Assembly (NCBI RefSeq): GCF_009914755.1
Contig: NC_060938.1
DNA length: 64,000 nucleotides
Reading direction: 5' to 3' (one strand)
From: the human T2T-CHM13v2.0 reference genome, Homo sapiens
Position 1 is the first letter of the stretch, and each line of letters begins with the position of its first letter. Positions 1-23,328 of the stretch are shown one piece after another. A model generated the notes under the pieces. That model saw only the letters and a list, made by a program, of their open reading frames with translations. It searched no databases and was not told the origin of the DNA. The position numbers and the translations under genes were made by a program.

Positions 1-14
1 TGAGAAAGGGAACA

Positions 15-534
<520 letters not shown>

Positions 535-543
535 CTACCCCTA

Positions 544-777
<234 letters not shown>

Positions 778-1308
778 TTACTTAATTTCTTTAAAATGTT
801 TAATAGTCTGTTAATTAATTTATAAAATTATTATTATTAGTATTTGAGACAGAGTCTCACTCTATTGCCAGGCTGGAGCACAGTGGTGTGATCTTGGCTC
901 ACTGCAACCTCTGCCTCCTGGGTTCAAGTGATTCTCATGCCTTAGCCTCCTGAATAGCTGGGATTACAGGCATGCACCACAATGCCCGGCTAATTTTTGT
1001 GTTTTTAGCAGAGATGGGGTTTCATCATGTTGGCCAGGCTGGTCTCGAACTCCTGTCCTCAAGTGATCTGCCTGCCTCAGTCTCCAAAAGTGCTGGGATT
1101 ACAGGAATGAGCCACAGTGCCTGGCCAAAAAAATTTTTTTTTCTTTTTTTTTTTTTCAGAGACAGGGTCTCACTGTGTAACCCAGGCTAAAGTGCAGTGA
1201 CACCATCATGACTCACTGCAGCCTCGATTTCTTGGGCTCAAGTGATCCTCCCACCTCAGCCTCCTAGATAACTGGGACCACAGGCACGTACCACCATGCC
1301 CAGCTAGG

Positions 1309-1670
1309 TGTATTAGTCTGTTCTCATGCTGCTAATAAAGACATATCCGAGACTGGGTCATTTATAAAGGAAAGAGGTTTAATGGACTCACAGTTCCACA
1401 TGGCTGGTGAGACCTCACAATCATGGTGGAAGGTGAATGAGGCACAAAGTCACGTCTTACATGGTGGCAGGCAAGAGTGTGTCCAGGGGAATTCCCGTTT
1501 ATAAAACCATCAGAGCTTGTGAAACTTATTTACTATCATGAGAACAGCAGAGGAAAGAACTGCCCCCATGATTCAATTACCTCCCACGGGGTCCCTCCCA
1601 TGACATGTGGGAATTATGGGAGCTACAATTCAAGATGAGATTTGGGTGAGGACACAGCCAAACCATATCA
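1309..1670 (-). mobile_element. THE1 (THE1B-like) MaLR solo LTR inserted into the linker of an AluJ
   Basis: Termini TGTATTAGTC...CCAAACCATATCA, 362 bp, 5-bp TSD CTAGG (1304-1308 and 1671-1675). Flanked by the right arm (~1135-1303) and left arm (~1676-1808) of one minus-strand AluJ. Confidence 0.9.
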
Positions 1671-1674
1671 CTAG

Positions 1675-1845
<171 letters not shown>

Positions 1846-2429
1846 TAGAGTCTTGTTCTGTCACCCAGGCTGGAGTGCAGTGGTGCGACTCAGCTCACTG
1901 GAACCTCCGCCTCCTGGGTTCAAGCGATTCTCCTGCCTCAGCCTCCAGAGTAAGCTGGGATTACAGGCACCCGCCACTGCACCTGGCTCATTTTTGTATT
2001 TTTAGTAGAGATGGGGTTTCACCAGGTTGGGCGGGCTGGTCTTGAACTCCTGACCTCAGGTGATCCCCCCTGCCTCTGCCTCCCAAAGTGCTGGGATTAC
2101 AGGCGTGAGCCACCATGCCTGGCTAGTTAACTTCTGGACCTCAATTTCCTCAGTTGAAAAATGAGGATAATAACAGTCCTTTCCTCATAGGGTAAGTGTA
2201 AATCTAAAATGACCACAGATATGAACTATGTTTAGAACAGTACCTAGCACATAATAAATCCTGTATTAGTATTTGTAATAATTATTTATATATTAATATA
2301 TGTTATACATATTAATAGTCATATATTACACCCCTAGGATAGTATTTAGCACATAGTAAGTGCCCTATATAAGTGTTAGCTATTAATATTATCATTATTT
2401 ACTTATTTTTATTAGAGTTGATAATGGTT

Positions 2430-3700
<1,271 letters not shown>

Positions 3701-3877
3701 AAGTTCCACCAAAAACAAACAAAGAAACAAACAAAACCCTAAAATGGAACAAAACCATTTTCCCAGTCAGTAGAAATCTCAAGATCTAACTGAATGGTAG
3801 TGACCAGGACTCTTTCTTTTTTCACCTGGACATGAACGAAAAGCATGTAGATTTAGGTTCTGTCAACAGCTGCCTCA

Positions 3878-4263
<386 letters not shown>

Positions 4264-4266
4264 TCA

Positions 4267-4552
<286 letters not shown>

Positions 4553-5031
4553 TCAGAAGGGCAGAGCCAAGAGAATCACTAAGAACAGAGTCAGACAATG
4601 TCTGGGTCCTTCTTACCTCCTAAGTGCTGCAGTTATATCGGTTTAACTTGGGGTTTCTGTTATTTGCAAACCACTGAAAGCATCCTAACTTATCCATAAG
4701 CTATCTTAAATACTGGCTTGGCTGCAGAAGCAAGTAAAAAGACCTCTTCGTGAAAAGGAAAATAACTGTCACAAAACTATTAATTTTATTCTATGGGGGC
4801 CAACAATGATATAATAATATAATAATGGTGATGTTGATAGTTATAGATAACAATTACAAAGCCAGTCCCTATGCTAAGGTATTTACAGATAATATATCAT
4901 TATACTAGTGATCTTATTCAACGGCCATGATCTCCCAGTGTTACTCTTTTTAGAGAGGAGGAAACAGGTCCAGAGATCTTAAGTAACTCTCTCAGTATCA
5001 CACAGTTAATGGAATTCAAAGGTAGCCTTGA

Positions 5032-5256
<225 letters not shown>

Positions 5257-5539
5257 TAGTAAGGACAGGGTTTCACCCTGTTAGCCAGGAGATGGTCTCC
5301 ATCTCCTGACCTCATGATCCACCCTCCTCGGCCTCCCAAAGTGCTGGGATTACAGGCGTGAGCCACCGCGCCCGGCCTTAACTTATTATTAAATAGAGCA
5401 AATGTAAAACTTCCAGGAGGCCGGGTGTGGTGACTTATGCCTATAATCTCAACACCTTGGGAGGCCAAGGCAGGTGGATCACCTGAGGTTGGAAGTTTGA
5501 GACCAGCCTGGCGAACATGGTGAAACCCTCTGTGTACTA

Positions 5540-6132
<593 letters not shown>

Positions 6133-6362
6133 GCCTCCTAAAGTGCTGGGATTACAGGCATGAGCCACCACACGCAGCCTGCATTTTTTCATAGATAAAA
6201 TGTTCTACAAGTTTTCGATTGACATTTGGAATTTTCAGAAAAGTACAAGAAGAAAATTTAAATTATCCATAATCCTACTCTGCAGAGATAATCACTATTA
6301 TCATTTTATAGTATATCCTTTGAGCCTTTTAAATAATATATGCAATAGAAATCCAGCTGTGA

Positions 6363-6690
<328 letters not shown>

Positions 6691-7199
6691 TAGTATTTTT
6701 TCTAGTCATTAAAAATTCTAAAATATTATTATTAATGTTTGCAATGGTATTTTAGTTTCTAACATTTACTTAATCAGTGCTCTATTTTCACTAAAAATTT
6801 GTTGCCATACACATTCTTGAAAATCTTTTTTTCAGACAACACTGATTTTTTTAAAAGTAGAATTACTTATTAAAGGAATATAAACATTTACAAGTGTTTA
6901 GTACTACCAAACTGCTCTCCAGAAAGGCTACATCCACTTCTGTTCCTACCATTAGTGAGGTAGAATTCCTCTTTTCCCAAAACCTTACTCTTCTGGAAGT
7001 TTTTTTTTTTTTTTTTTAAATAGACATGGTCTTGCTCTGTCACCCAGGCTGGAGTGCAGTGGTGTGATCTCAGCTAACTGCAGCTTTGACCTCTTGGGCT
7101 CAAGCGATCCTCCCACATCCTACCTCAGCCTCCTAGGTAGCTGGAACTACAGGTGCACTCCACCATGCCTGGCTAGTTTTTTCTTTGTTTGTTTGTTGA

Positions 7200-7317
7200 G
7201 CCCCATGATTCAAATACTTCCACCTGGTCTCTCCCTTGACACCTGGAGATTATGGGGATTATGGGGATTACAATTCAAGGTGAGATTTGGTTGGGGACAC
7301 AAAGCCTAACCATATCA
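7200..7317 (-). mobile_element. THE1 (THE1D-like) LTR, 5' portion
   Basis: The reverse complement begins TGATATGGTTAGGCTTTGTGTCCCC and stops where the 5850-6132 piece starts. Confidence 0.85.
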
Positions 7318-7411
7318 GAGGCCAAGGTGGGAGGATTGCTTGAGCCTAGGAGTACAAGACCAGTCTGAGCAACAGAGCAAGATTGTCCACAAAAAAAGGA
7401 AAAGAAATTTA

Positions 7412-7591
<180 letters not shown>

Positions 7592-7624
7592 TCAAAAAAA
7601 AAAAAAAAAAAAAAAGAAAGAAAA

Positions 7625-9790
<2,166 letters not shown>

Positions 9791-10127
9791 CAGATACTAG
9801 GTAATGAATAACAGTACAAAACTGATAGAACTATGAAGGTATTGCAGCCCAAGACCCCATTAGTGAGGGGGAGATAGTCTCACAACTTAACAGGCCCTGA
9901 AGGAATGAATGCATCTTAATATCATATCACACCATCACACGGATGCGAGCCTTAGTCCCCAAGAAAACCTTAAACTCTATTTAGCAAACTTATTTTAGAG
10001 GTATGTGTAAAACATTTTTTAAAGTTTCATATATGGAAGCCTTAGCTGTCTGGAAAATTAGTGTAAATAGAATGCTTCATTTGCTCAGGTTTATGGTGCA
10101 GAAAAGAATCATTTAGGGAGCACGTTA

Positions 10128-10277
<150 letters not shown>

Positions 10278-10923
10278 TTAGCTAGGTGGCACACTCCTGT
10301 GGTCCTAGCTACTTGGGAAGCTGAGGTAGGAGGATCGCTTGAGGATGGGGGTTGAGGCTTAGGTGAGGTGTGATGGTACCACCACACTCCAGCCTGGGCG
10401 ATAGAGCAACCCTGTCTCAAAAAGAAAAAAAAAAAAAAAAGTATGGATTTCTGGGTCCCACTCCAGACAACTTGAATCTGGGTGTAGGGCTTCGAATTTG
10501 TATTTTAGTAAGCCTTCCAAATGATTTTGAAGTAGGTAGTCCTAAAAACTAACCTTTGAGGAACATTGCCAGACTGACTGATAGAAAGAGAGAGAGTGAA
10601 TAGGGGAAGAGGAGGGAAAATGCTTTAAAAGAGTGTATCTTGGTTGGGCGCAGTGGCTCCTGCTTGTAATCCTGGCACTTTGGGAGGCTGAGGCGGGTGG
10701 ATCACTTGAGGCCAGGAGTTTGAGACCAGCCTGGCCAACATGGAGAAATCTCTACTAAAAATACAAAAAAAAAAAAAAAAAAAAAGAAAGTAAAAAAAAG
10801 AGTGTATCTTGCAGCATATTTCTGAGGATTAAGCCATGTTTTAAAAATTTAGTGATTATCGGCCAGGCCCAGTGGCTCACGCCTGTAATCCCAGCATTTT
10901 CGGAGGCTCAGGCAGGTGGATCA

Positions 10924-11274
<351 letters not shown>

Positions 11275-11691
11275 TCATTTTAAGTTGGTGTATATTCTTC
11301 CAGACTTCTAAAAGGAATTGCAATTGCTCCTTTTGTAGCAGACACCATCAGGGACTTGCCTGGGGCCTCTCATCTAGCAAGTGGGAGAGTCCACACTGGA
11401 ACCCAGCTGCTGAATCCTGAACTTCATTGTGCTCCATTGTATTTTTTATTTTTATTTTAAAAAATTAATTATTTATTTTTGAGACAAGGCTCTGTTGCCC
11501 AGGCTGTGTGGTGCAGTGGCATGATCACAGCTCATGGTAGCCTCCATCTCCCAGGCTCAAGCGATCCTCCCACCTTGGCCTCCCAAAGTGCTGGTATTAC
11601 AGGTATGAGCCACCGCCCCCCATTGTGCTTTATCGTAACAGGAACAGAGGGGCTCACGCCCACTCCTAGCATTACTTTACACACATGTCTA

Positions 11692-12591
<900 letters not shown>

Positions 12592-12923
12592 ACCGCACAT
12601 CACTTGTTAAATTAACTGCACAATTACAACAAAAAATAATGTGCCTACTACTGAACTATGGGCTTCTCAGTAGGGCAGGAACATCATCTTATTTATATCA
12701 GTATCCTTGGAACACAGCCTGGTGCTTAACTGTGGCTCAATACCTGGAACACAGTAAATACACAATAAATGATCCTTCTGGGCAGGGGGCAATGGAGTGA
12801 AAACAACTATTCTCCATTGCCTCTCACAGAACTGAATTGCAGCCATCCTAGACTTCAAAACTGATCTAGTTTTCTCCCCAAAAAACAGTTTGCAGCACTC
12901 CAATGTCCAAGAAATAGAATATC

Positions 12924-13208
12924 CTAAACGAATTAGGGCAGGAACAAAAAACCAAATACCACATATTCTCATTTGAAAGTGGAAGCTAAACATCAGATAT
13001 TCATGGACATTAGGATGACAATGGTAGATGTGGGAGACTACTAGAGTCGGGGAGGAGAGAGGGGGCAAGGGTTGAAAAACTGTTGGGTACCTGGGTGACG
13101 GGATCATTCATACCCCATACCTCAGCATCACGCAGTATACCCAGGTAACAAACCTGCATATGTACCCCCTAAAACTAAAATCCAGATTGAAAAAGAAGGA
13201 AAAAAAAG
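12924..13208 (+). mobile_element. 5'-truncated L1PB-like 3' end with TSD
   Basis: AAAACCAAATACCACATATTCTCA...GTAACAAACCTGCATATGTACCCC followed by an A-rich tail. TSD AAGAAA(T/C)AGAATATC at 12909-12923 and 13209-13223. Confidence 0.8.
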
Positions 13209-14136
13209 AAGAAACAGAATATCTTCCTGAAAGCCTTATAGGGGAACATGCAGAAGAAAGCAAATCCTCTTAGCATCTTACCCCCTTACCTAAGCAACAG
13301 GGCCCCTGACATAAATGGGATGACCCGCCTCCAGGGTTGGATTGGAAAGCCAGCGCATTGTGCTGCAATAAAGGCTCACCAGGTTTAGAAACAAAAGCCT
13401 GGCTGTCTCCTTTTCTCTCTTAGCCTCACAAACAGCTACTACTTGGATTCTGAGTGTTTGAAACAAAAGCATACAGGAGGAATAAAGGTGGATTTAACTG
13501 ACAGTCTTTTGGAATGTAAATACCAATCAAAATGAAGAAATATGTTTTTCAGCTTCAATACAATCTACTTTGGTTTATGAGAGTGAAAAGTCTGATGAAA
13601 TACATAGTTATAAAAATGTGAAAACTCCTAAGGAAGTAAATCTGTACAGGAGAATTGGGGAGCTGAAATATTTCCCAGTACTGTTTTATAGTCTTCTTTT
13701 TCTTTGTTTTTCTTTCTTTTTCTCCCAGGAAACATTTTATTGGATGTGTTCATTTATGTATGCACGTATGTGTTCTTCCAAATGGTTGTTTTCCTGGAAC
13801 CAACTTCATGTGTGGGTAGCACTGTGCTAGATACTAGCTGCATAATAAATGAATGTGAAAGTTGTTGACATATAGGACTGATTTTTACTATTCATTGACC
13901 CCTTCGAACATTTATTTGGCTGCTATGATTCTATGCTTAGAAAGATACATATATCTAAGCAAATACATACAATTTTGAGGAGTTCATGATCCCTAGAAAG
14001 CCTCCCAGGGGTCAACAAACCAGAACTGGCTGGGCGCAGTGGCTCATGCCTATAATGAGTACTCCTGAGGTGGGAGGATCACTGGAGCCTAGGAGTTCAA
14101 GACCAGCCTAGACAACATTGGGAGATTCCATTTCTA

Positions 14137-14292
<156 letters not shown>

Positions 14293-14704
14293 TCAAAAAA
14301 GAAACCCCAAAACAAACAAACAAAAACCCAACAGAATCCTGCTCTAAGAACCTATAGTTAAAAAAGCAGCAGTGTAGGCTGGGCACGGTGGCTCATGCCT
14401 GTAATCTCAGCACTTTGGGAGGCCGAGGTGGGCAGATCACTTGAGGCCAGGAGTTCAAGACCAGCCTGGCGAAACACTGTCTCTACTAAAAAATACAAAA
14501 ATTAGCTGAGTGTGGTGATGCACGCCGGTAATCCTAGCTACTCTGGAGGCTGAGGCACAAGAATCAATTGAACTCAGGAGGTGGAGGTTGCAGTGAACTG
14601 AGATTGCGCCACTGCATTCCAGCACTCCAGCCTGGGTAATGAGAGACTCCGTCTTAAAACAAAACAAAACAAAACAAAACAAAACAAAACCAAGCCTGTA
14701 ATCA

Positions 14705-15052
<348 letters not shown>

Positions 15053-15202
15053 CTAGAGTGGCTAGAAGAAAGTCACAGAGTTCGGCCGGGCATGGTGGCT
15101 CATGCCCCTAATCCCAGCACTTTGGGAGGCCGAGATGGGTGGATCACAAGGTCAGGAGATCGAGACCATCCTGGCTAACACGGTGAAACCCCGTCTCTAC
15201 TA

Positions 15203-15403
<201 letters not shown>

Positions 15404-15565
15404 TTAAAGGCTGGGCAAGATTTGGAGTGTGCAGTAGACAGAAGGGAGCAGGGGTAGGGCCAGCAAAGGAGCAAGGAGGCAGACAGCATGGAATAGGTGA
15501 GGGGCCAGCTGGAAGGAGGTCATGTTCATGGCAAGTCTCGGTTCGGACTTCACCTGATAGATTGA

Positions 15566-15780
15566 CCAGGGTTTCTCCACAGTGATACTGTTGACATTTG
15601 GAACTGGACAGTTCTTTGTTGTGAAGGCCAGTTCTGTGCATTGTAAGATGTCCAACAACACACTTGACCTCTGCCCACTAGATGCCAGTAGCATCTCCCA
15701 AGTCATGACAATCACAAATGTCTCCAGACATTGCCAAAGATCCCCTGGGGGACAAAGATCACCCTATTTGAGTATGACTG
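15566..15780 (+). mobile_element. MER20 (hAT-Charlie DNA transposon)
   Basis: CTGCCCACTAGATGCCAGTAGCA...ATGTCTCCAGACATTGCCAAA is the MER20 core. Confidence 0.8.
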
Positions 15781-16823
15781 TCACAGCATATTTGAGCTTG
15801 GCAATGTTTTCCAAAGTTTAGTCATTCAGGTATCACCTTCACGAATTTTGCCAGATCTTGGTGCCTCCTTCTTGGCTATCTCCTGTATTTATTTATTTAT
15901 TTAGGGACAGAGGCTGAGGCAGGAGAATCTCTTGAGCCCAGGAGGCAGAGGTTGCAGTGAGCCGAGATCAGGCCACTGCACTTTCAGCCTGGGTGACAGA
16001 ATGAGACTCCATCTCCAAAAAAAAAAAAAAAAAAAAAAAGTAAGGATTTACTTCTCCTCAGATGTTGGCAAAAAAGGTGGAGGCCAAAGACGATTGGCCT
16101 CTTCCTCCTACAGAGAGGCCAACTCATTCCCTGTGCCATCATCATGTTAGTAGCTCTCGGGGCAGATTGCAAGACCCCTCCTCTTTCAGGATTGAATTCC
16201 CCCTTGGCATGTGTCACATCTTCATTTGCCTTTCTTTTCTGATGAGAGGGTCATCACCACTTCCTGATCTCCTTTCTTGGCAACAGAAGGGTGATGTGAG
16301 ATTTAATTTCTCAAAAAAACTAAAAAAGATGCCAAGATCCCCAGGATCCGTCCCACGTGGGCCAAGATCTTCTTTGGGTGCAGAGGGTCAGTGCAGACAA
16401 AGGCACTTGGATCGCTTGCGATGGTTCCTCTCTCTCTAATTATAGAAAGTATTTAGCTATTATTCCCTAATTGCTCACTGCAGTTGGGTTTGAGCATTTT
16501 TTTTTTTTTTTCTGACAAAAGGCTGGTTTCTGATGAGTTGTTCTTTTCTTTCCGCCTTGGTTCACTGCCATACCAGTGCCTGGCTCTTCCACTGGAAAAC
16601 TGCAGGAGGTGGTATGGTATTTCTGGGGAAGCCACTTTACCTCATCCAATTGCTTTCATGGCTTCCCAGTTGCCTAATAGGAAGGGAATTAACATTTACT
16701 GGGCATCTATTTAGTATGTGCCAGGCACTGTGCTAAGTGCTCACGTAGGTTGTCTTATTCAATCCTTGCAGCAAACTTGAGAGGCAGATATAATTATTCC
16801 AAATTTATAGATGAAGAATCTAA

Positions 16824-17306
<483 letters not shown>

Positions 17307-17469
17307 TAAAAGTGCTTATTTCTAGGTCCTCTGCTAGTGGTAGGGCTTGGTGGGGATGCCTATAGGACGCTTAAAGGAGCTCTAGGTTTCCTGTTTTGGC
17401 TCATGACACATGAAGGAATTTCCAGTGTCATGGTAGCAAGGACGAGGAGGAAAGCCATCCCTCCTGGGG

Positions 17470-17991
17470 CTGTAGCAGTAAGGATCCTATGGGAAACAGA
17501 TGGCACATTCAGGGGTTTACATGCAGAACAGAATATTCAATGAATGGACTACTTAGCAGAGTTATGGGCAGTTAAAGGAACCAACAAGCAATGGGGAAGC
17601 TACCGGGTACTGGCAGCAGCAGGAAGCCATCACCACCCCTAGGTTTAAAGGGACATGGTGTGAGAATGGTGTTCCTGAAGCCCATTGACAGCAGGGGGTA
17701 TGGCAGAAGCATCCAGACAGGAGCTGTGACAGGAGGGAAACCCAGCCACTGCCCGAACACCAGCAGGAAGGGCAGCAGCAGCTGGTGTGTGAGTGTGTAT
17801 ATATACAGACATCCAGGTCTCTCCCTCCTCTGCCTTCCCATCTGCTCATGCTACCACTGGCCAAACCCAGCTAGAAGACAGAGAGTAGGGGAGCCTAGAG
17901 ATGCAGCTCTTGCAGGTCAGCCTCCTGAGGCACAGGGCAGGAAGGAAGGGTGGAGAGAGCACCTGGGAAGATACAGAGAGTGTTCAGCACA
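17470..17991 (-). mobile_element. LTR33-like ERVL solo LTR
   Basis: GGAAACAGATGGCACATTCA, CCACTGGCCAAACCCAGCTAGAAG and GGTCAGCCTCCTGAGGCACAG, ending CAGCACA. Confidence 0.65.
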
Positions 17992-18165
17992 GGGGCTGAC
18001 TCACCTGTGCCATCCACAGCAGTGTCTTTTTTTTTTTTGAGATAGAGTCTCTCTCTGTTGCCCAAGCTGGAGTGCGGTGATGCAATCTCAGCTCACTGAA
18101 ATCTTTGCCTCCCGGGTTCAAGCGATTCTTCTCCCTCAGCCTCCCGAATAGCTGGGACTACATAA

Positions 18166-18543
<378 letters not shown>

Positions 18544-18954
18544 TAACTTCCAGTCCATACTGCTTCTTAGTTTTGAGCTGTAGTCAATTAATGGTTGGTA
18601 ATAAAGGATTACTACTGAGCCACTTGACCTATTTCCTGTTAAGACCTCAGGGTATAGTTTACTTTGGCCCCAGACATTTGCCTCAAATGATTCTTTCTCT
18701 AAATATATCTATGATCAGAGTAGGCTGCCCATTTCAGAGTGTGGGCTCTGGAGTCAGGCTCATGGGGCTGAATCCCAGCCCTATCCTTACAGAATGGTCT
18801 TGGACAAGTTATTTAACCCTCCACCTTATTTTGCTCAACTGTAAAATGAGGATAATAATGATGTCTATCTCATATCTCATGAGGATTATATAAGAAGATA
18901 TATTTAAAGCACTTAGACTAGCATCTGCCAATAATGAGTGCATGATAAATAACA

Positions 18955-19051
18955 GTATACATGTGGGGTGTGTGTGTATATATATATATGATGTAAACAA
19001 ATATGTGTGTGTGTATATGTATATGCATGTATGTGTATATATATGCATGTA

Positions 19052-19090
<39 letters not shown>
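18955..19090. repeat. Compound (TG)n/(TA)n microsatellite
   Basis: About 130 bp of mostly alternating purine-pyrimidine sequence. Confidence 0.9.
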
Positions 19091-19123
19091 TCTACCCCCC
19101 AAATTAGTTTAGAATTCTGGTTA

Positions 19124-19468
<345 letters not shown>

Positions 19469-19789
19469 TTATGCCTGTAATCCCAGCACTTAGGGAGGCC
19501 AAGGCAGGTGGATTGCTTGAGCTCGGGAGTTTGAGACCCACCTGGGAAACTTGATGAAATACCATCTCTATCAAAAATACAAAAAAAAAAAAAATTAGCT
19601 GGGCATTGTGGTGTGTGTATGTGGTCCTAGCTACTTGGGAGGCTGAGGTGGGAGGATCTCTTGAGCCCGGGAGGTGGAGGTTGCAGTGAACCAAGATTGT
19701 GCCATTGCACTACTCCAGCCTGGGCGACAGAGACCACATCTAAAAAAAAAAAAAAAAAAAAAAAATTCACGTGGCTGTGATTGAGGTCA

Positions 19790-19987
<198 letters not shown>

Positions 19988-20646
19988 TCAGTCTAGGCAA
20001 CATAGGGAGACACTGTCTTTGCAAAAAAATACAAAAATTATCTGGGCATGATGCACCACGCCTGTAGTCCCAGCTACTTGGGAGGCTGAGGTGGGAGGAT
20101 TACTTGAGCCTGGGAGGTCAAGGCTGTAGTGAGTGCGGCATGATTGCGCCACTGCATTCTAGCCTGGGCAATACAACAAGACCCTGTCTCAAAAAACCAA
20201 CCAACCAACCATACTTTTTACCCTTATTGAAATATATCAGTTGTTCTTTTAAACATTTTTTTCTTTTAATTTTTTTTTTAGTAGAGACAAGGTCTCACCT
20301 ATGTTGCCCAGGCTGGTCTCAAACTCCTAAGCTCAAGCTAACCTTCTACCTCTGCCTCCCAAAGTGCTGGGATTACAGGCATGAGCCATGGCTCCTGGCC
20401 TTATCAGCTGTTTTTCACATGGAATTTTTCCTTTCCCTATAACAGATAAGAACTCTGAAGGGCTTAGGTGATGTGCCTTTTCTGGGATTCCTCAGCAGTC
20501 AGAGGCAGATAAATCCTTGTTCTCAGGCTGGGCACTGTGGCTCACACCTGTAATCCCAGCACTTTGAGAGGCTGAGGCGGGCGGATCACCTGAGGTCAGG
20601 AGTTTGAGACCAGCCTGGCTAACATGGTGAAACCCAGTCTCGACTA

Positions 20647-21253
<607 letters not shown>

Positions 21254-21668
21254 TTATATTCGGACATAAGGTCCACCAAGATAAAGAACATCTGTACCAA
21301 ACTGCCCCCTCCCCACAAAATTCAAGTATTGATAAGTGATTTTAAATAAATTTTATAAATAAAACAGTGTAAGGAGGTAGAGTGTGTCTCAGGGAATGTG
21401 GGGGTGAGTGGGGAGATAGGGGTAATTGGGGATGACCTCTCTGGAGGGTAACATTAGCAGAGAACAAATTGCCAGGATGGAGCAGACCATTGAAGATATG
21501 GGGGAATAGCAAGTGTAACGGCTGCCCAGATAGCAGCCAGCTTGGCAGATTGAGTACAGAAAGGAAGCTGATGCGGTTGGAGTGGAGTGAGCCAGGGAAG
21601 AGAAGGGTGGGAAATGAGGCTGGAGAGAGGGAGTGGAGCCAGCCTCTGGGGAGCCAGGAGGGTCAGGC

Positions 21669-22629
21669 TGAAGGGGTGGGTTGCCCCTCCACACCTGTGG
21701 GTGTTTCTCGTAAGGTGGAACGAGAGACTTGGAAAAGAAAAAGACACAGAGACAAAGTATAGAGAAAGAAATAAGGGGACCCGGGGGACCAGCGTTCAGC
21801 ATATGGAGGATCCCGCCAGCCTCTGAGTTTTCTTAGTATTTATTGATCATTCGTGGGTGTTTCTCCGAGAGGGGGATGTGTCAGGGTCACAAGACAATAG
21901 TGGGGAGAGGGTCAGCAGACAAACACGTGAACAAAGGTCTTTGCATCATAGACAAGGTAAAGGATTAAGTGCTGTGCTTTTAGATATGCATACACATAAA
22001 CATCTCAATGCTTTACAAAGCAGTATTGCTGCCCGCATGTCCCACCTCCAGCCCTAAGGCGCTTTTCCCCTATCTCAGTAGATGGAACGTACAATCGGGT
22101 TTTATACCGAGACATTCCATTGCCCAGGGACGGGCAGGAGACAGATGCCTTCCTCTTGTCTCAACTGCAAGAGGCATGCCTTCCTCTTATACTAATCCTC
22201 CTCAGCACAGACCCTTTACAGGTGTTGGGCTGGGGGACGGTCAGGTCTTTCCCTTCCCACGAGGCCATATTTCAGACTATCACATGGGGAGAAAACTTGG
22301 ACAATACCTGGCTTTCCTAGGCAGAGGTCCCTGCGGCCTTCCGCAGTTTTTGTGTCCCTGGGTACTTGAGATTAGGGAGTGGTGATGACTCTTACGGAGC
22401 ATGCTGCCTTCAAGCATCTGTTTAACAAAGCACATCTTGCACCGCCCTTAATCCATTTAACCCTGAGTTTGACACAGCACATGTTTCAGAGAGCACGGGG
22501 TTAGGGGTAAGGTCACAGAATCTCAAGGCAGAAGAATTTTTCTTAGTACATAACAAAATGGAGTCTCCCATGTCTATTTCTTTCTACACAGACACAGTAA
22601 CAATCTGATCTCTCTTGCTTTTCCCCACA
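21669..22629 (-). mobile_element. HERV-K(HML-2) solo LTR, LTR5_Hs type (961 bp), inserted in an old L2 fragment
   Basis: The minus strand begins TGTGGGGAAAAGCAAGAGAGATCAGATTG and ends GGGCAACCCACCCCTTCA. It has a perfect 6-bp TSD TCAGGC (21663-21668 and 22630-22635), TATAAAA at 22100-22106(-) and AATAAA at 21839-21844(-). Confidence 0.95.
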
Positions 22630-23082
22630 TCAGGCAAAGAGTTTGGATTTTCTTCTCAGTGTCATGACACTCCTCTGAACAGCAACATTCAGCTTCCAAA
22701 GCACTTGCACCATTGCACTTGATCCTCACAAGCCCTTTGAGGTAGATAGGACTGACAATAGTATTAACTCCATTTTATCAAGACAGAAACTAAAGCTCTG
22801 CCAAAATTAGAAAACCTGCTGTGAGTCACCCAGTTCAAATAAGATTCTTTGACTCTAAATCGGGGTTTTTAACCTCAGCTGTGCATTGAAATCCTACAGG
22901 GAGCTCTACAAAATACCTATGACTCAGTCCCATTCCCAGTAGTTGAAGGGGTGCTAGTGCCAGCTATGGCCCAGGAAGACTTTTAAAGCTCTCCAGGTGA
23001 TTTTTTTTTTTAGACTGGGTTTTTCTCTGTCACCCAGGCTGGAATGCGGTGGTGGTGCAATCATGCCTCACTGTACCCTTGA

Positions 23083-23328
<246 letters not shown>

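Noticed and set aside
17562-18040. 149-aa and Cys-rich ORFs
   Set aside because: They lie within an LTR33-like element and are chance open frames.
21389-22385. ORFs overlapping the HERV-K element as viral genes, or the element as an SVA
   Set aside because: Only a solo LTR is present: the TSD directly abuts both ends, with no PBS and no gag, pol or env. There is no hexamer, VNTR or Alu-like SVA domain.
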